Source: Candidatus Latescibacterota bacterium (lineage in GTDB: Bacteria > Latescibacterota > UBA2968 > SICM01). From it: a DNA stretch of 64,000 nucleotides. The translations under genes were made by a program, and so were the position numbers. Of this stretch, positions 61,843 through 64,000 are shown one piece after another. Position 1 is the stretch's first letter, and each line of letters begins with the position of its first letter. Under the pieces are notes generated by a model. It saw only the letters and a list, made by a program, of their open reading frames with translations. It did no database searches and was not told where the DNA came from. The stretch is from the NCBI GenBank assembly GCA_965217865.1, contig CBDCJO010000002.1, positions 4,896,001 to 4,960,000 on the forward strand, in the 5' to 3' direction.

Positions 61843-62259
61843 ATGGCCAACTCAAAATTTAATGGCCTTGTGACATCATCTGACGGAAAAGGAATCAACA
61901 CAATCCTTGGACGCGGTTCGGTCATTGAGGGAAATCTCACCGTACCTAACGGGATACGTGTGGACGGTCACCTCAAGGGCTATCTTTCATCGTCGGGCAT
62001 GTTAATCGTCGGTGAGGTTGGGCTGATCGAGGCTGATCTTAAAGTGAAAGATGTGATGATCAGCGGCAAGATCGTCGGAGATGTCGATGCCGACGGAAAG
62101 GTTCATCTCAAGGCCCAGGCCGTTCTGTTGGGCAAAATCAAGACGCGCCTCCTCATCGTTGAAGAAGGGGCGATATTCAAAGGGGAGTGTGATTCGGGTC
62201 AGGACGTTCAAGTCGCTAAAGCGCCCGCAAGGGTAGAGGTCGCACAGAAGGCTACCTGA
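61843..62259 (+). CDS. Bactofilin (polymer-forming cytoskeletal protein)
   Basis: TILGRGSVIEGNL...IRVDG...LIVGE.G...LIVEEGAIFKGEC; GGAGG RBS. Confidence 0.92.
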   Translation: MANSKFNGLVTSSDGKGINTILGRGSVIEGNLTVPNGIRVDGHLKGYLSSSGMLIVGEVGLIEADLKVKDVMISGKIVGDVDADGKVHLKAQAVLLGKIKTRLLIVEEGAIFKGECDSGQDVQVAKAPARVEVAQKAT

Positions 62260-62294
62260 GTAATAAGGAAAATTCCAAATTCGAAATTTCATTC

Positions 62295-62324
62295 AGGCCC
62301 ATCGCAAGATGGGCTTTCTTTTTT
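62295..62324 (+). terminator. Intrinsic terminator
   Basis: GCCCATC-GCAA-GATGGGC followed by a T tract. Confidence 0.8.
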
Positions 62325-62407
62325 GCGTCTTCGACTCCGCAATAAAACGCTCCCATGTCCGAGGTGATTCAAATTTAAGATAAAAATCAGGGGATCGTGT
62401 AGAATCG

Positions 62408-63595
62408 ATGAAGGAACCTGTTTTCGACTCACAGAGAGCCCTCGGGCATGCCGCAGCGCTTTCGTACCCCCGACGGGTTGGGAGCCCCGGGGAAGATCGG
62501 GCTTTTCGTTATCTGAAGGGCCGGTTTCTCGATTGTGGGTTGTCCGTATCGGAGGAGCCATTCGGATTCAAGACCTGGCCGTGGGTTCTCCTCAGAATGA
62601 CTTTGGCCTGTTCGGTTGCGATGATCTTGACCGCGGCCTGGTCGGTCGGTTGGCATCCCCTCCTGTCCTGTTTTTTAGCAGGCCTGCCACTGGCGATCGG
62701 GTTATTCTCGAACCGATGGGTCCTTCTCCTGCTTTCGAAGGCCGTGCTGGATACGGTGGGGGACGAGGCGTTCCGGTCCCGTAATCTGGTTGCCCGCCGC
62801 CCCGGGTTCACCCGAGGGGAAGGTCCGCTTATCGTTTTGATGGCCCACTACGATTCCAAAGGACAGTGGATCTCTTTAGGGGCACGTATATTTTTATTTT
62901 TGGGTTATGCGATTGGGGGGATCGGATTGTTGATCAGGGCCATCGGCAGGGTGGGGGAAGCCCCCGGAACGATCGATCTCCCTTCCGTGGGTTTCGGACT
63001 CCTCGCGGCTCTCTCGGCTCTGGCGTTATTGCCCATGAGGGCGGATAACCGGTCCCCGGGGGCCGTTGACAATGCCTCGGGAGTCGGGGTTCTGACGTGT
63101 CTTGCGGAGTCCATCGGAAAGGAGCCGGGTCTATTTCCCCATTCTGAGATTCTGTTTGTGGGAACCGGAGCGGAGGAGATGGGCCTGTTGGGGGCTTTTG
63201 CGTTTCTGAGAAAGCACGCCGATGATCTGAAGGGGAAACGGGAGGTCTATGTTCTCAACTTCGATGGTCCGGGTGTGGATGGGAGGATCTACGTTTCCTC
63301 CAAGACCGGCCTGCGGCCGCGTTCCAGACGTCTCGTGCAGATCGTCCTGGAAGCCGGGAGGGACCGAGGGATCGGAATCGGAATGCCGGCTATTGTGATC
63401 GGGGCGATGGCGGATCATTTCCCGTTTGCGGCGGGGGGGATCGAGGCAATTACCTTCTCGGCCGTGGGAAGGGATTCCCTCGTGATCCACACCCCGCGGG
63501 ATACTCCGGAACGATTGAGCGCGGAGGCGATGGGCAAGGTCGGGGGCCTTGCCCTTTCTGTGATCGAAAAGATTGACGAATCCGCCGAGGGATAG
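62408..63595 (+). CDS. Membrane-embedded M28 family peptidase
   Basis: AHYDSK, GAVDNASG, AEEMGL.G, D, IHT..D, with inserted transmembrane hairpins. Confidence 0.88.
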   Translation: MKEPVFDSQRALGHAAALSYPRRVGSPGEDRAFRYLKGRFLDCGLSVSEEPFGFKTWPWVLLRMTLACSVAMILTAAWSVGWHPLLSCFLAGLPLAIGLFSNRWVLLLLSKAVLDTVGDEAFRSRNLVARRPGFTRGEGPLIVLMAHYDSKGQWISLGARIFLFLGYAIGGIGLLIRAIGRVGEAPGTIDLPSVGFGLLAALSALALLPMRADNRSPGAVDNASGVGVLTCLAESIGKEPGLFPHSEILFVGTGAEEMGLLGAFAFLRKHADDLKGKREVYVLNFDGPGVDGRIYVSSKTGLRPRSRRLVQIVLEAGRDRGIGIGMPAIVIGAMADHFPFAAGGIEAITFSAVGRDSLVIHTPRDTPERLSAEAMGKVGGLALSVIEKIDESAEG

Positions 63596-63915
63596 CGGCA
63601 GCGAGGGCCAATATCCCGGTTGTACAGAGTCCTTAAATTCTGGATGGATTCCCTGCCCTTACTTTAACCAGGAAGATATATTATATTTCTATCGCAAGGG
63701 ATCAACGAATCGTTTTTAGAGGATGATATGCATACCCAGATATCACTCCAAGATCAATGAGATGACACAGTAGTAAAAGGGTGTTAAACAAGCGTTTGGG
63801 CGATCGATTTTTCAATTGAGAATCATAATATGCAGACCGATTTGGCAGTGTTTGCAGTTGCTGGGCAGGTCTGTATAATTAATAGTTGGCTGGCACTGAC
63901 GATCAGAGAGGCATT

Positions 63916-64000
63916 ATGAAGAACCGAACGATCGAGAACCCGATTATCAAGGATAAAGTGACGTTCGTGAAGACCTCCGCGGAAACCGGTGGTGAGTTCT
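63916..64000 (+). CDS. Probable cupin-domain protein, 5' part only
   Basis: GAGG RBS; MKNRTIENPIIKDKVTFVKTSAETGGEF resembles cupin N-termini; open to the window end. Confidence 0.6.
   Translation, partial: MKNRTIENPIIKDKVTFVKTSAETGGEF

Noticed and set aside
63596-63915. AT-rich intergenic region as ncRNA or replication origin
   Set aside because: No DnaA-box cluster, repeat or recognisable RNA motif was seen.

Overview
Bacterial chromosomal window with about 60 CDS, read in the standard genetic code. The lineage is inferred, not established: paralogous PhyH, sugar-phosphate isomerase, Nramp and AKR genes plus a DFxxDGxV..DFFLFAxxFG C-terminal repeat suggest Candidatus Latescibacterota or a relative. 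1-18.7 kb is a catabolic region (M24 peptidase, DHDPS-like lyase, FAD oxidase, two PhyH dioxygenases, hydantoinase A/B, TonB receptor, PQQ dehydrogenase). 19-20.8 kb holds an IS1595 element beside an internally deleted Cys/Met lyase. 25 kb encodes a selenoprotein that the ORF track splits in two (WASW-UGA-GC with a SECIS-like hairpin). 28.8-37.6 kb is a co-oriented GNAT/methyltransferase run headed by a leader-peptide attenuator. The rest is mostly housekeeping: TPP riboswitch-thiC, sucD, rsfS, mtnA, mreD-mrdA-rodA, lgt, carA, bactofilin. Intergenic DNA carries several repeat classes (REPs, a MITE-like element, heptamer arrays, IS-end-like triplication). Three genes have single-base frameshifts at homopolymers and one has an in-frame TGA at a likely Trp codon. 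No rRNA, tRNA or CRISPR array was seen. The best candidates for undescribed biology are the attenuator-controlled GNAT cluster, the Sec redoxin and the small PhyH-partner protein.
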